The notes: generated by a model from the sequence alone, not told the origin. Positions 39,030 through 48,648 are shown, numbered from the whole stretch's first letter. The stretch is DNA of 63,982 nucleotides, filler included, from an uncultured bacterium (GCA_964506785.1; 6 parts of 6 records of this genome joined end to end with filler, not necessarily neighbours in it), one strand, 5' to 3'. Program-made: numbers and translations.

Positions 39030-40835
39030 TTATTTCTTCTTAACTACTTCCACATAGACGATATCGCCGAATCTTCTTTGGTAATTGCCCTTTTGATAAG
39101 TGCTCCCGGCGGAAAAGCTGATAAAACCCGGCTCTTTTAAAAGATAGCGAAACTCTATCTCGCCTTTTTCATCGGTAACTTTCGACCCTTTTACCTGCTC
39201 CCAATAACTGGACTCAAAAATTCCGTAATCAACCCTCTGCCGGCAAACGGGGTTACCGTCAGCATCGGTAACTCTAACCTTAACCACAGCATCAATAGTT
39301 TTGTGACCGACAAAATATTTGGGCTCGTCGGGAATAACCTTGACGGAAATAGGAGGAGGCGGAATTCTTGTTTTATTAAAAGTCCAGATCTGGGCCTCTT
39401 TTTCAACCAATAGTATCTTTTCTTCTTCCCCGGTTTCTTCACTTTTAATTTCAAAAGCCCGGATTCTTAAGATGTGTTCTCCATCTTTCACCCGGGAAGA
39501 ATCCCAGCTACCCTTCCACCAAAGCCTTCCCTCTTTTTCTAAAGGCTGCCACTTAGTTTTATCAACCTGGTATTCAACTAAAGAAGCCCATTCAGTAACA
39601 AAAACCTCAATGGGCACCTCGGCTCGATAATAATCCATCTTTTTCGGCTCAATCATAATGGCTTGATTATAATCTTTGAGCGCTTTATAAAGCAGTCGCG
39701 GTGTCCCGGTTATATTCGAGCTTTCATCCGGAATCGCCAAAACGCCAAACCACTCTTCCGGGTCGTTTTTATCATGTTTGGTTTCATCCCCGGAGAAATC
39801 ATCGTTTTTCCACCATTCATCAACCCAGGCAAAAACACAGCCGCCCGTAGCCCCGGCCTGAACCAAATCATCGTACATCTCAAGCATACCTTCGGCCTGT
39901 TCTTCATCGCTTAAACCCCCATACCTTTCGATAGAAGCATGGGCAACCGGCGAAACCGAAAGGCCAAATTCACTGATAACTAAAGGTTTATTCCGGGCAT
40001 GCTTTTGCTTCAACCATTCCACATAGGGCCGGTATCCCAGGCAGTGGCTGACGGTAACCGGATTATACGAGAATACATTGAAACAGACGGCATCCAGGTA
40101 ATCAAGCCCAAGGAAAGCCAACTGAGGCCAGTTAGAAAACGAGATGTATCGGTTTTTTTCCAACTCATGTATTTTTTCTACCATTTTAGCGAACATCGAT
40201 TCGGTCGTCTCTTTTCCGGAAATCAAGACGCGTTCTACGGGAGGTTCATTTGAAATCAAAAAGAGCATAATGTTATCAAAAGCCTGAACGTTTTTAATAT
40301 CATGCAAGGCCATATTCAAGGCGTAATTTTGCGCCGCCGGAGAGCCATAATCCCGGGTAGGGTCAAACCAGATACCCATAATTACCAGAAGCCCATATTT
40401 TCGGGCTAAATCCAATTCACTCCGGGTTAACGGCGCCCAGGTGCGAATGGCGTTAAAACCAGCGGAGCGGATGAGCTCGAAATCCTTCTCCATAATATCC
40501 GGATTAATCCGGTGTAACCAGGGAAGCTGATTGGGCCGCCAGGCGCCATAACCCATTCCTTTAATAAAAATCTTTTCGCCGTTTAAACAAAACCAATTAT
40601 CTTTAATCTCTACCTCTATCGGGCCGTAAAATCCGGTTACCTTTCTTTCTTCTAAAACGGGTGAAAGAGCTTCTTTTACCGGCATGACTTCCGGTTTGGT
40701 AACTTCCTTTACCCGGCGGGCAGAAAATAATTTAAAACCAATGAAACCGGCAGTTATTATTAAAACAATAATTAAAAGATTCTCTATGCTTTTTTTCCCT
40801 CGGGGCGTATCATTGCTCTTTTCCATGTTTTCCAT
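39030..40835 (-). CDS. Membrane-anchored clan GH-A glycoside hydrolase with C-terminal Ig-like domains
   Basis: N-terminal TM; GFNAIRTW, ISNEP, ISEFG, WVDEWWK; VTDADGNPV Ig-like motif. Confidence 0.85.
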   Translation of the reverse strand: MENMEKSNDTPRGKKSIENLLIIVLIITAGFIGFKLFSARRVKEVTKPEVMPVKEALSPVLEERKVTGFYGPIEVEIKDNWFCLNGEKIFIKGMGYGAWRPNQLPWLHRINPDIMEKDFELIRSAGFNAIRTWAPLTRSELDLARKYGLLVIMGIWFDPTRDYGSPAAQNYALNMALHDIKNVQAFDNIMLFLISNEPPVERVLISGKETTESMFAKMVEKIHELEKNRYISFSNWPQLAFLGLDYLDAVCFNVFSYNPVTVSHCLGYRPYVEWLKQKHARNKPLVISEFGLSVSPVAHASIERYGGLSDEEQAEGMLEMYDDLVQAGATGGCVFAWVDEWWKNDDFSGDETKHDKNDPEEWFGVLAIPDESSNITGTPRLLYKALKDYNQAIMIEPKKMDYYRAEVPIEVFVTEWASLVEYQVDKTKWQPLEKEGRLWWKGSWDSSRVKDGEHILRIRAFEIKSEETGEEEKILLVEKEAQIWTFNKTRIPPPPISVKVIPDEPKYFVGHKTIDAVVKVRVTDADGNPVCRQRVDYGIFESSYWEQVKGSKVTDEKGEIEFRYLLKEPGFISFSAGSTYQKGNYQRRFGDIVYVEVVKKK

Positions 40836-40870
40836 AATTTAGGCTCCTTTATCATCCAAATTAACCGTTA

Positions 40871-40899
40871 ATGGTAGCATACTTCAGGCACAGTGTCAA
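40871..40899 (-). promoter_or_regulatory. sigma70 promoter of the GH-GH-GH94 operon
   Basis: TTGACA-17 bp-TACCAT with TG extension. Confidence 0.65.
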
Positions 40900-41052
40900 G
40901 AAAAGTCGCCTTTCAAAGTTCCGATATCTTACTCCCTTTATCTTTTATGCCTCTCGCTATTATAAAAATAAAGGGGCGCTTTACCTGCCACCCCCCTATT
41001 GCCGCATGCAAATTAAGTTATTTGCTAAAACCTTATTTTTTAATCCCCAGTA

Positions 41053-41559
41053 TTAATAAACTTTTATGGCTATTGGTAATTTATAGAATTTATTTTGGGG
41101 ATCCAGCTTTAACCTCGACTTGGCCTCATCGGCCAATTTAATCAAAACGAATTTCCCTCGCTGGATTTCTAATAAATTGCGGCTTTCCGGATATTCCATA
41201 ATAACCTTCTTATATGCCTGGTTGGCCTCTTTGGATTTACCCTGAACCCGGCAGGCTTCAGCGACAATAAACTGGGACATCCCCACATCATTAAGAATCC
41301 GGTATTTGCTAAAGACCTCTTTAGAATCAGCGCTTAAAGCAATCTTACCCAAAACCTTTATTTTACTTTGCTCTTTCTTTGCTTCCCGGCTAGAAAGTTC
41401 AATGCATTTTTCTGCGGCGGCAATGGCCTGGGTGAATTTTCCCTGAGCTAAAGCCCGAGCGGCCTCCCGGGTTAGCTCTTGAGAGGACCCTTCGGCAAAA
41501 GCCAAAGGAATAAAACCAAAAACCAAGCCAAAAACCAGAATTAAATTAATAACCCTCAT
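41053..41559 (-). CDS. Secreted TPR-like protein, one degenerate copy of the LNDV repeat
   Basis: Signal peptide; ELTREAARAL...KCIEL...RILNDVGMSQFIVAEA. Confidence 0.75.
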   Translation of the reverse strand: MRVINLILVFGLVFGFIPLAFAEGSSQELTREAARALAQGKFTQAIAAAEKCIELSSREAKKEQSKIKVLGKIALSADSKEVFSKYRILNDVGMSQFIVAEACRVQGKSKEANQAYKKVIMEYPESRNLLEIQRGKFVLIKLADEAKSRLKLDPQNKFYKLPIAIKVY

Positions 41560-41686
41560 TCTTCCTCCTTCCCTGCCTTTTATTCTCCTTTTTGAACTAA
41601 GCGTTTAAATGTTCGCCCGGCAGAATCCGCGTATCCCTGAATTATTATATCTCTTTAAAAATCATTTGCAAGATAAAAGATACCGA

Positions 41687-41725
41687 TAAAAAGGAGAGGA
41701 TAGCGTCTCTCGATATCCTCTCCCC
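41687..41725 (-). terminator. Intrinsic terminator downstream of the 337-aa gene
   Basis: GGAGAGGATA/TATCCTCTCC stem followed by a T run on the minus strand. Confidence 0.7.
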
Positions 41726-41762
41726 TGTTATCAAATTTTACTTCCTGAATCCATCTTTAAAT

Positions 41763-42776
41763 TTAGTAACGCAGACGGGAATCATTCCAGTCAGTAATAT
41801 TGAGCATTTCTATCCGATCATCAGCAGCTTCTGAAATTTTCCAGGTTTCGTCCTTGACAAGATCGGTCTTAGCCGCACCATCCATCGCTGAACGGCCGTA
41901 AGGGAGATTATCGCCAGCTGGATTATTACCTCCGGCGCTATCAACTGCCTGATAGGTGGTAATACAGTCAGCTTTTGTTCCAATCTTACCTTTCCTTAAA
42001 GCCTCAGCCTTGATAAACCAGCAAGAAGCCACATCACAATAGGCATAACACTCATTATATAAACCTTCGATGGTACTGGCCCCGGGCGAATCGTGGTAAT
42101 CTTGAGCCCGGCTCTTCTGCCCCTCAGCCTGATCTTTATACAGGGCAATACAAAATTCGGCATAATCTATAGCCTCACTGTACTTGCCGCTGCCTAAAGC
42201 TTCCCAGGCAGCTACCGTCATCGCCGCTGAACTGGCTTCATCACCGGTAAAACCTAATAACCGCGCATAAGCGGCATCAGCCGGCTTCCAGAGAATGGTA
42301 GCCGTGGCATCAGCACACTGAGCATAGAAATAATCACCAGGCGAACGGTCATCAGCAACTAATTTATGGAAAGCATCTTTGGCATCGTTAGTCAAAGAAC
42401 CATCCCTTAGTCTATAGGCATCTCCCAGGATGTAGTAACAGGTACCAACATCATTCAAAGCCCAATAACCGGCATAGACTTCAGTTACCGTTCCGGCGGG
42501 ATAGTCCGCTAAACCCGTTTTCTGGACATCTGCCCTGGGACTATAAAAAAGGGTACAAATCTCTGCCCAGCCGATAGCATCATCATAATCAGGCGTGCCG
42601 GCGTAATCATAGGTAAAGGCAGGATCATCATCAGCGGTGTAGGCACCTCCTGTAAAGGCGGCCCAGGCGGCTCCAGTGAGATTCTTAGAGGTACTCAATT
42701 TAAAACTGGCAAAAGCTGGAGTGGCCATTAAACCGACTAAAAGAACCGCAGCGCAAATCGCAATCAGTTTTCTCAT
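41763..42776 (-). CDS. Secreted TPR-like protein with two divergent LNDV repeats
   Basis: Signal peptide; WALNDVGTCYYILGDA, YAQC...WKPA, second unit MTVAAWEAL...CDVASCWFIKAEA. Confidence 0.8.
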   Translation of the reverse strand: MRKLIAICAAVLLVGLMATPAFASFKLSTSKNLTGAAWAAFTGGAYTADDDPAFTYDYAGTPDYDDAIGWAEICTLFYSPRADVQKTGLADYPAGTVTEVYAGYWALNDVGTCYYILGDAYRLRDGSLTNDAKDAFHKLVADDRSPGDYFYAQCADATATILWKPADAAYARLLGFTGDEASSAAMTVAAWEALGSGKYSEAIDYAEFCIALYKDQAEGQKSRAQDYHDSPGASTIEGLYNECYAYCDVASCWFIKAEALRKGKIGTKADCITTYQAVDSAGGNNPAGDNLPYGRSAMDGAAKTDLVKDETWKISEAADDRIEMLNITDWNDSRLRY

Positions 42777-42814
42777 TTTTTCACCTCCTTCAATTAAAAG
42801 TTCAATCTATCTAT

Positions 42815-42843
42815 TTAGACAAAAGAAAACTAAAAAAGTTCCC
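42815..42843 (-). promoter_or_regulatory. ECF sigma promoter
   Basis: GGGAAC-17 bp-GTCTAA. Confidence 0.8.
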
Positions 42844-42846
42844 TTT

Positions 42847-43446
42847 TTATAAACAAGCCGCTTTTCTGGCTTTACCTATAGCCGCAGGGGTATTCCAATC
42901 GGGAGAGGAAGAATAATCCAAAACCTTGCTTGTCTCGGGACTAAGCGGATAGGAAGGCACAAAAGTAAGCAAACCTTCTATCGCCTCTCTTGATTTGGCT
43001 ATCCGCCCGGGATTGGCGCTGTAAGAGGCAGGATTAAAAATAACGCCGGCGGGATGAGAAATCAAAGATTTAGAAGGGCTTTTTGAAAAATATACCTGGC
43101 CCGGGCCAACAACTACATAAAGGATAATTAATATAGAGGCGGCTAGAACCAGAGATTTAGTTAAAACCGGCAAATCTAGCGGATGAGACAGATTATCCCA
43201 GATTGAAGCGAACTTATGGGCAAAACATCTTTTATCCAGTTTTTCATTTATTTTAAGTAAAAAATCAGCCGGGGGAACAACTTCATCCAGATTTTTTACT
43301 TCCTGAACAACCGCCTTTAAGAGACTCAATTCCTTGCGGCAAACCGGACAGCCCTTAAGATGTAATTCTAACTTTTCTTTCTCTTCTTTTCGCAACTCCC
43401 CTTCAATATAAGGAGAAAATAGATTTTTCATCTTTTGACAATTCAT
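42847..43446 (-). CDS. Zinc-binding (ZAS, zf-HC2) anti-sigma factor with one TM helix
   Basis: HLKGCPVC (HX3CX2C); TM segment; directly follows the ECF sigma gene. Confidence 0.9.
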   Translation of the reverse strand: MNCQKMKNLFSPYIEGELRKEEKEKLELHLKGCPVCRKELSLLKAVVQEVKNLDEVVPPADFLLKINEKLDKRCFAHKFASIWDNLSHPLDLPVLTKSLVLAASILIILYVVVGPGQVYFSKSPSKSLISHPAGVIFNPASYSANPGRIAKSREAIEGLLTFVPSYPLSPETSKVLDYSSSPDWNTPAAIGKARKAACL

Positions 43447-43449
43447 TTT

Positions 43450-44061
43450 TTATAGTATCCCTTCTAATTTTTCTTTAAGCATTTGCCTGGCCCGGTGGAG
43501 ACGGGATTTTACCGTTCCAATCTCGCATTTCAAAACGGCGGCTATTTCTTCGTAGCTGAACATTTCCCGGTCCCTTAAAATAAGCACCATTCGATGGCTT
43601 TCCTCTAAAAAATCGATGGCTTGACGAATTGTTTCTCTTTTTTCTTTTTCCGCCAGGGCTTCCCGCGGGCCGGGGCTATCCGCCGGCAAATCCAGTTTGA
43701 GACTGCCTTCTTTTAACTCCAGCGGTTCATCCAAAGAGCGTTTTTTATAATAGCCGCGCCGTTTTCGGTATTTTAATTTGTTTTTACAAAGATTAACGGT
43801 AATCCGGTAAACCCAGGTGTAAAAACTTGCCTGGCCTCGATACTTCTTTATTGAAACGTAAACCTTAATAAAGGTATCCTGGGCTAAATCAAGCGCCTCA
43901 GTATAGTTTCCCAGGATGTGATAAGCCAAATTAATAACTTTTTTCTGGTAGCGGCAAATAATTTCGTCGAAAGCCCGTCGATCCCCAGCCTGGCATCGCT
44001 TTACTAATTGCCTTTCTTCATAGCCGAGTGCATCATTAGCCGGCTGGTAGGCTAAAGCCAT
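43450..44061 (-). CDS. ECF sigma factor (RpoE/SigW-like); start reassigned to ATG 44061
   Basis: DLAQDTFIK, FYTWVYRITVN, SYEEIA..L....GTVKSRLHRAR; AAGGAG RBS precedes MALAYQ. Confidence 0.93.
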   Translation of the reverse strand: MALAYQPANDALGYEERQLVKRCQAGDRRAFDEIICRYQKKVINLAYHILGNYTEALDLAQDTFIKVYVSIKKYRGQASFYTWVYRITVNLCKNKLKYRKRRGYYKKRSLDEPLELKEGSLKLDLPADSPGPREALAEKEKRETIRQAIDFLEESHRMVLILRDREMFSYEEIAAVLKCEIGTVKSRLHRARQMLKEKLEGIL

Positions 44062-44077
44062 TTCTTTCTTCTCCTTG

Positions 44078-44106
44078 TTAGACAAAAGAATTTCCGAAAG
44101 GTTCCC
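44078..44106 (-). promoter_or_regulatory. ECF sigma autoregulatory promoter
   Basis: GGGAAC-17 bp-GTCTAA; a sigma70-type TTGATT-17-TATACT also lies at 44212-44184. Confidence 0.8.
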
Positions 44107-44232
44107 TAAATTTTAAAAGGCCGCCTTTTTATATACAGGCAGCCCCCTATTTTTCCAAATTGGCCATTTTTCAACCCCAGTGAAGTATAGCACATAATAA
44201 CGCAAAAATCAATGCGGCCCCGAAACTTTAAA

Positions 44233-44267
44233 ATAACAGCCCAGGCTAAATACACCTGGGCTGTTAT
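44233..44267 (-). terminator. Intrinsic terminator downstream of the 464-aa gene
   Basis: Perfect 13-bp stem ATAACAGCCCAGG/CCTGGGCTGTTAT. Confidence 0.75.
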
Positions 44268-44309
44268 CATCGAACACTAAATTCTACCAACCATAGGGAT
44301 AAAAAAACT

Positions 44310-45704
44310 TTATGGCGATTGAATCTCTTTTTTTACCTCTTCAGTTTCTACCCCTGTCTCCGGGCTTTCCTGGCCAGTTTCTTCCTTAAGGGCAAGTTCT
44401 TTTTCTACCCTGATTTTGTTCAATCTTCCTCGGGCACCAACTGAAGGTTTCCAGAACCAGCCTTTAGGATCCCAGCACTGGGCAAAGTTATATTTATCAA
44501 GTATGGTCTGAAATTCCTTCTCGGCTTTATCCCACATCTTCTGATTCATATAGGCCTCACCGCGGATAAAATGACAGGTACCGACATCATTTAAAGCCCA
44601 CCAATCAAAAGCGCTTTCTTTGGGGGCATATTCAGTCAGTTTAGCCTGCTGTTTTTCTGCTTCCGGGCCATAGAGGGCAATGCATTTATCCGTATAGGCC
44701 TCAAGCGCCGGATAATCCTTCGCCCCTAAAGCACCCCAGGCTTTCACCGTTAGAGTCATCGAGGTATAGTCACCAAAATCCCATTTAGCGCTGAAACGGT
44801 CAATCTCATTCTGCGCTCCTAGGTTGACCTTCCAGAACCAACCTTGAGGATCCCAGCATTGAGCATAGTTTAAATCATTGATTACCTTTTCAAAATGCTC
44901 CCTGGCTTCCTCTTGTTTCCCCTGTTCGGCTAAAGCCTTCCCTAGAATAAAATGACAGACGCCGACATCATTCAAAGCCCAATATTTTTCGTGAAGGTCA
45001 AGAATGCCATTTTGGTCCAAATCAGCTTTGGTATCCGGATAATCAGTGAGACCGGCCTGCATTTTTAAAGCTTCGTTTTCAAAGAGGTCGATACATTTAT
45101 TGGTATAAAGCTCAACCGCGTAATAATCTTTGGCTCCCAGGGCACCCCAGGCTTTGGTCGTCAAGGTCTGCGAGGTATAATCGCCGAAATCATAGCCAGT
45201 CCCCAAAGTAGTTAGCTTATCTTTGGCACCTTCGGCTACCTTCCAAAACCAGCCTTTGGGATCCCAGCACTGGGCATAGCCCAACTTATCAATGATTGCC
45301 TGATAGGCTTCCCGGGCTTTATCGAATTCACCCTGTTCCCGATAAACTTCTCCGCGAATGAAATAACAGGTAGCCACATCATTCAAAGCCCAATAATCAA
45401 AAGCAAGCTCCTTAGGAGCAAAATCAGTCAGCTGGGACTGTTGAAAAACAGCTTCTTCCTCGTACAATTTTATACATTCATCAGTATAAGCTAAAGCGGC
45501 TTCATAATCTTTGGCTAAGAGCGCCTCCCAGCCTTTAACGGTAAGTGTTTGTGACGTCCGGTCGCCAAAATCCAAAACTTTCTCCACCACCTCTTCTTCG
45601 GTTATTTTAACGACTTCTTCCTTAGGCTTTTTCGTTTCTAAATACAACCAAGCTAAACCGCCAATAACTACTAAAACCAACACTATAATTAAGGCTTTCT
45701 TCAA
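44310..45704 (-). CDS. Membrane-anchored protein with three ~130-aa Trp/Cys-rich TPR-like repeats
   Basis: Three copies each of DFGD.TS.TLT.K.W.AL, WALNDV..C.FI.G and AQCWDP.GWFWK. Confidence 0.88.
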   Translation of the reverse strand: MKKALIIVLVLVVIGGLAWLYLETKKPKEEVVKITEEEVVEKVLDFGDRTSQTLTVKGWEALLAKDYEAALAYTDECIKLYEEEAVFQQSQLTDFAPKELAFDYWALNDVATCYFIRGEVYREQGEFDKAREAYQAIIDKLGYAQCWDPKGWFWKVAEGAKDKLTTLGTGYDFGDYTSQTLTTKAWGALGAKDYYAVELYTNKCIDLFENEALKMQAGLTDYPDTKADLDQNGILDLHEKYWALNDVGVCHFILGKALAEQGKQEEAREHFEKVINDLNYAQCWDPQGWFWKVNLGAQNEIDRFSAKWDFGDYTSMTLTVKAWGALGAKDYPALEAYTDKCIALYGPEAEKQQAKLTEYAPKESAFDWWALNDVGTCHFIRGEAYMNQKMWDKAEKEFQTILDKYNFAQCWDPKGWFWKPSVGARGRLNKIRVEKELALKEETGQESPETGVETEEVKKEIQSP

Positions 45705-45832
45705 TGTTTCCTCCTTCCATTTATTTAGTTAGAAAAAAAATGATTTTAAGCAGAAAGATTTCTAAAAGCTTTAGAAACATCTTTTAAGCTTTAGCACCAC
45801 CTTCCTTTCTTTTCCTGTCTATCCCATTTCTA

Positions 45833-45862
45833 TTAGACAGCGGGAAACCCGGATTTGTTCCC
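45833..45862 (-). promoter_or_regulatory. ECF sigma promoter
   Basis: GGGAAC-18 bp-GTCTAA. Confidence 0.7.
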
Positions 45863-45965
45863 TCCCCAGGTTGTGAAATGTGTCATGTGGAATGTATTAT
45901 GTAAATGTAGAATTATAAATTTAATTTTCCGATTTTTCATTACACATCACACATCTAACATTACA

Positions 45966-46065
45966 NNNNNNNNNNNNNNNNNNNNNNNNNNNNNNNNNNN
46001 NNNNNNNNNTTAATTAATTAANNNNNNNNNNNNNNNNNNNNNNNNNNNNNNNNNNNNNNNNNNNN
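45966..46065. other. Artificial contig linker
   Basis: N44-TTAATTAATTAA-N44. Confidence 0.98.
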
Positions 46066-47831
46066 ACCGATAATTTATGCATCTGGGCATCGGTGATTTC
46101 CTTGCCATAAGGGACCTTGCCGATAAACGACGCCTTATATTTTCCCGACAATAGTTTTATTTTCTCCGTCCAATCTTCGTTTAAATCGTACTTGTTCACT
46201 ACTACGCCGGATTTAATCCCAAAATGATTAATTACCTTTAGTACCCTTTCTAAATCATGCGCCCCCGATATAGTGGGCTCAGTAACCACCAGGGCGTAAT
46301 CGGCTCCCGTAAGAGAGGCTATCACCGGGCAGCCCGTCCCGGGAGCACCGTCCATTATAGCCTTAAATCTGCCGCTCTCCTGGGCAAGCAGGGCGGCTTT
46401 ATCGCGGACCAGGGTAACTAATCTGCCGGAATTCTCTTCGGCTACCCCTAATTTTGCGTGGCTCATCGGCCCATGCCGGGTATCAGACATAAACCATTCG
46501 CCATTTACCGCCGGTTTAGTTTTTATCGCCTTATATTCACATACCAATTCGCATACCCCGCATCCTTCACAAGCCAGTTTATCAACCATATATCTCTTTT
46601 TGCCTTTTTCTTCATATTCCTTAATAGCAGAGAATCGGCAGGCTTGCTGGCATACCCCGCACTGCACACAGATATCTTGAACTATTTCTGCCTCTACCCC
46701 CCCGCTAAAAAAACCTCTTTCTTTTATCCGGGGAGATAAAACCAAATGTAAATCTGCCGCATCCACATCACAGTCAGAAATAACGGGTGATTCCGCCAAG
46801 GCGGCAAAACAGGCCGTCAGGGAAGTTTTGCCCGTCCCGCCTTTACCGCTGATAACCACCAGTTCTCGGGGTTTTTTAGCCCTGGGAGCACCATGTTTTT
46901 TAGCCTCTTCGGGAACATCTTTGCCAGAAAAACCCTTGTTTTTTGCCTTTTTGGGTATCCTTTTGTCCCCCCGGGCTAAAACCAATATTTTATCAATCAG
47001 AACTTCAAACAATTTTTTTATTTCGGGGAACTTTTCGACGGCTAACTCGCCCCGGGAATAGCTCTCGGCTATTCGGCGCTGGTCGGGAATCTCTCCAATA
47101 ATCTCCAGCTTCTCTTTTAAACAATATTCCTTTAAGGCCCGGTCCTTATATTCTGCCCGATTTACCACGATTACCGGTTCCTGCCCTACCTCCCGAACCA
47201 TATCCACAGAAAGTTTTAAATCGTTTATGCCAAAAGGAGTAGGATCGGTAACCAAAATACATAAATCTACATCCTTAACCGTTTCTACTACCGGACAGCT
47301 TGTCCCCGGCGAGGAATCCAGGATATTGATCCCCGCCCCGCTTCTTTCTTTTACTTTTTTTACCAGGCGCGGAGACATGCCCCCTTCGGCTGTTTCTAAA
47401 AGGGCATAAGATACCTTTACCTTTTGGCTCAGGCCCTCTTTCAAGATTCCAATTTTTCTTTCCTTCTCAATAATCGCCTCCTGAGGACAAATAATCTTGC
47501 AACCGCCGCAGACATGACATAACTCCTTGAAGATAAGCACCTGCTTATTAACCAGCGCTATCGCATTATACCTGCATACCTCTACACATTTACCGCAAGA
47601 AATACATTTTTCTTTATCCACCTCCACCGGGGCAATTAAAGTAACATCCTCCTCTTTAGCGATGACCGGATTAAGGAATAAATGACCGTTGGGTTCTTCT
47701 ACATCACAGTCTAAATAGGAAACTTGAGGGTGCTTCTCAGATAATAATTTTGCCAAATTGGTGGCGATAAAAGTTTTGCCTGTCCCGCCTTTACCGCTGG
47801 AAACAGCAATATCTATTTTTTCCTTTATCAT
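46066..47831 (-). CDS. Fusion of two MinD-like P-loop ATPases, each with an inserted 2x[4Fe-4S] ferredoxin domain (COG1149-type); C-terminus truncated
   Basis: Two SGKGGTGKT motifs, two DCDV motifs, four CxxCxxCxxxC motifs. Confidence 0.9.
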
Positions 47832-47921
47832 ATCATCCTCTTCCCTTATATTTGGCAATCAACTCGTTTTTATAATTTTCCCATATCACTGCCGCACCCC
47901 ATTCCGGACCAAAATTTTTTA

Positions 47922-48284
47922 CTATCTTTCTAAACATAGCCTATCACTCCCCTGTTTTTTAGCCAAACCAGCTAATGCTTCCTCTATATTCCCCTTTTCG
48001 AAAAAAAGTTTCATTTCTCTTTCCTGCAGTCTTTTTATACCCTTTTTGCCGATAGTTTCAGATATAACTATGCGGCAATCACGAAACAATTCATATACAT
48101 CCAGGGTCTTTAAATGCTGCATAGTATCCCTATAGGGGTTATTCCTTTTTTCGATAAGCTTAAATCGCATCCCGTTTCCGCATTGGTAAATGAAAATCTC
48201 CTTTGCCCGGCCCAGCATACCCTGAAAAATGTTTATTCCATCATCAGTCGGAACAGCAACTTTTATACTACTGCCTTTATCCAT
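47922..48284 (-). CDS. NifB/NifX-like domain protein
   Basis: KVAVPTDDG...GMLGRAK, IVISETIG..G. Confidence 0.75.
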   Translation of the reverse strand: MDKGSSIKVAVPTDDGINIFQGMLGRAKEIFIYQCGNGMRFKLIEKRNNPYRDTMQHLKTLDVYELFRDCRIVISETIGKKGIKRLQEREMKLFFEKGNIEEALAGLAKKQGSDRLCLER

Positions 48285-48302
48285 AATTATCCGCTTGTAT
48301 TT

Positions 48303-48647
48303 CTATCTTCCTCTGCCGCCGCCACCCCTGCCGCCGCCCCTGCCGTCACGAGGACCTCTACCTAAACCCCTTCCAAAACCTCTTCCTAAACCCCGGCCAG
48401 AACCAGTGCCAAAACCAAAACCAGACTTAGGAACCACTTGAGCCTGATTCTGAGGTTTGCCTTCTTTAACTTTGCCTTCGGCAAAAGAAATGGCAGATTG
48501 AGGACAAACCTGCAGGCATTGCCCACAGTTGACGCATTTATCAGAATCAATCTTAGCCTTATCGTTACTCATCGATATTGCGGAAACCGGACAAATATCC
48601 AGACAAATCCCGCACCCAATACATTTATCAATATCAACCCATGGCAT
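48303..48647 (-). CDS. 2x[4Fe-4S] ferredoxin with Gly/Arg-rich tail
   Basis: CIGCGICLDICP and CVNCGQCLQVCP; GRGLGRGFGRGLGRG tail. Confidence 0.9.
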   Translation of the reverse strand: MPWVDIDKCIGCGICLDICPVSAISMSNDKAKIDSDKCVNCGQCLQVCPQSAISFAEGKVKEGKPQNQAQVVPKSGFGFGTGSGRGLGRGFGRGLGRGPRDGRGGGRGGGGRGR

Positions 48648-48648
48648 C

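Noticed and set aside
44310-45704. Diversity-generating retroelement template/variable repeats
   Set aside because: The repeats are in-frame protein repeats with differences not confined to adenines, and no reverse transcriptase is present.
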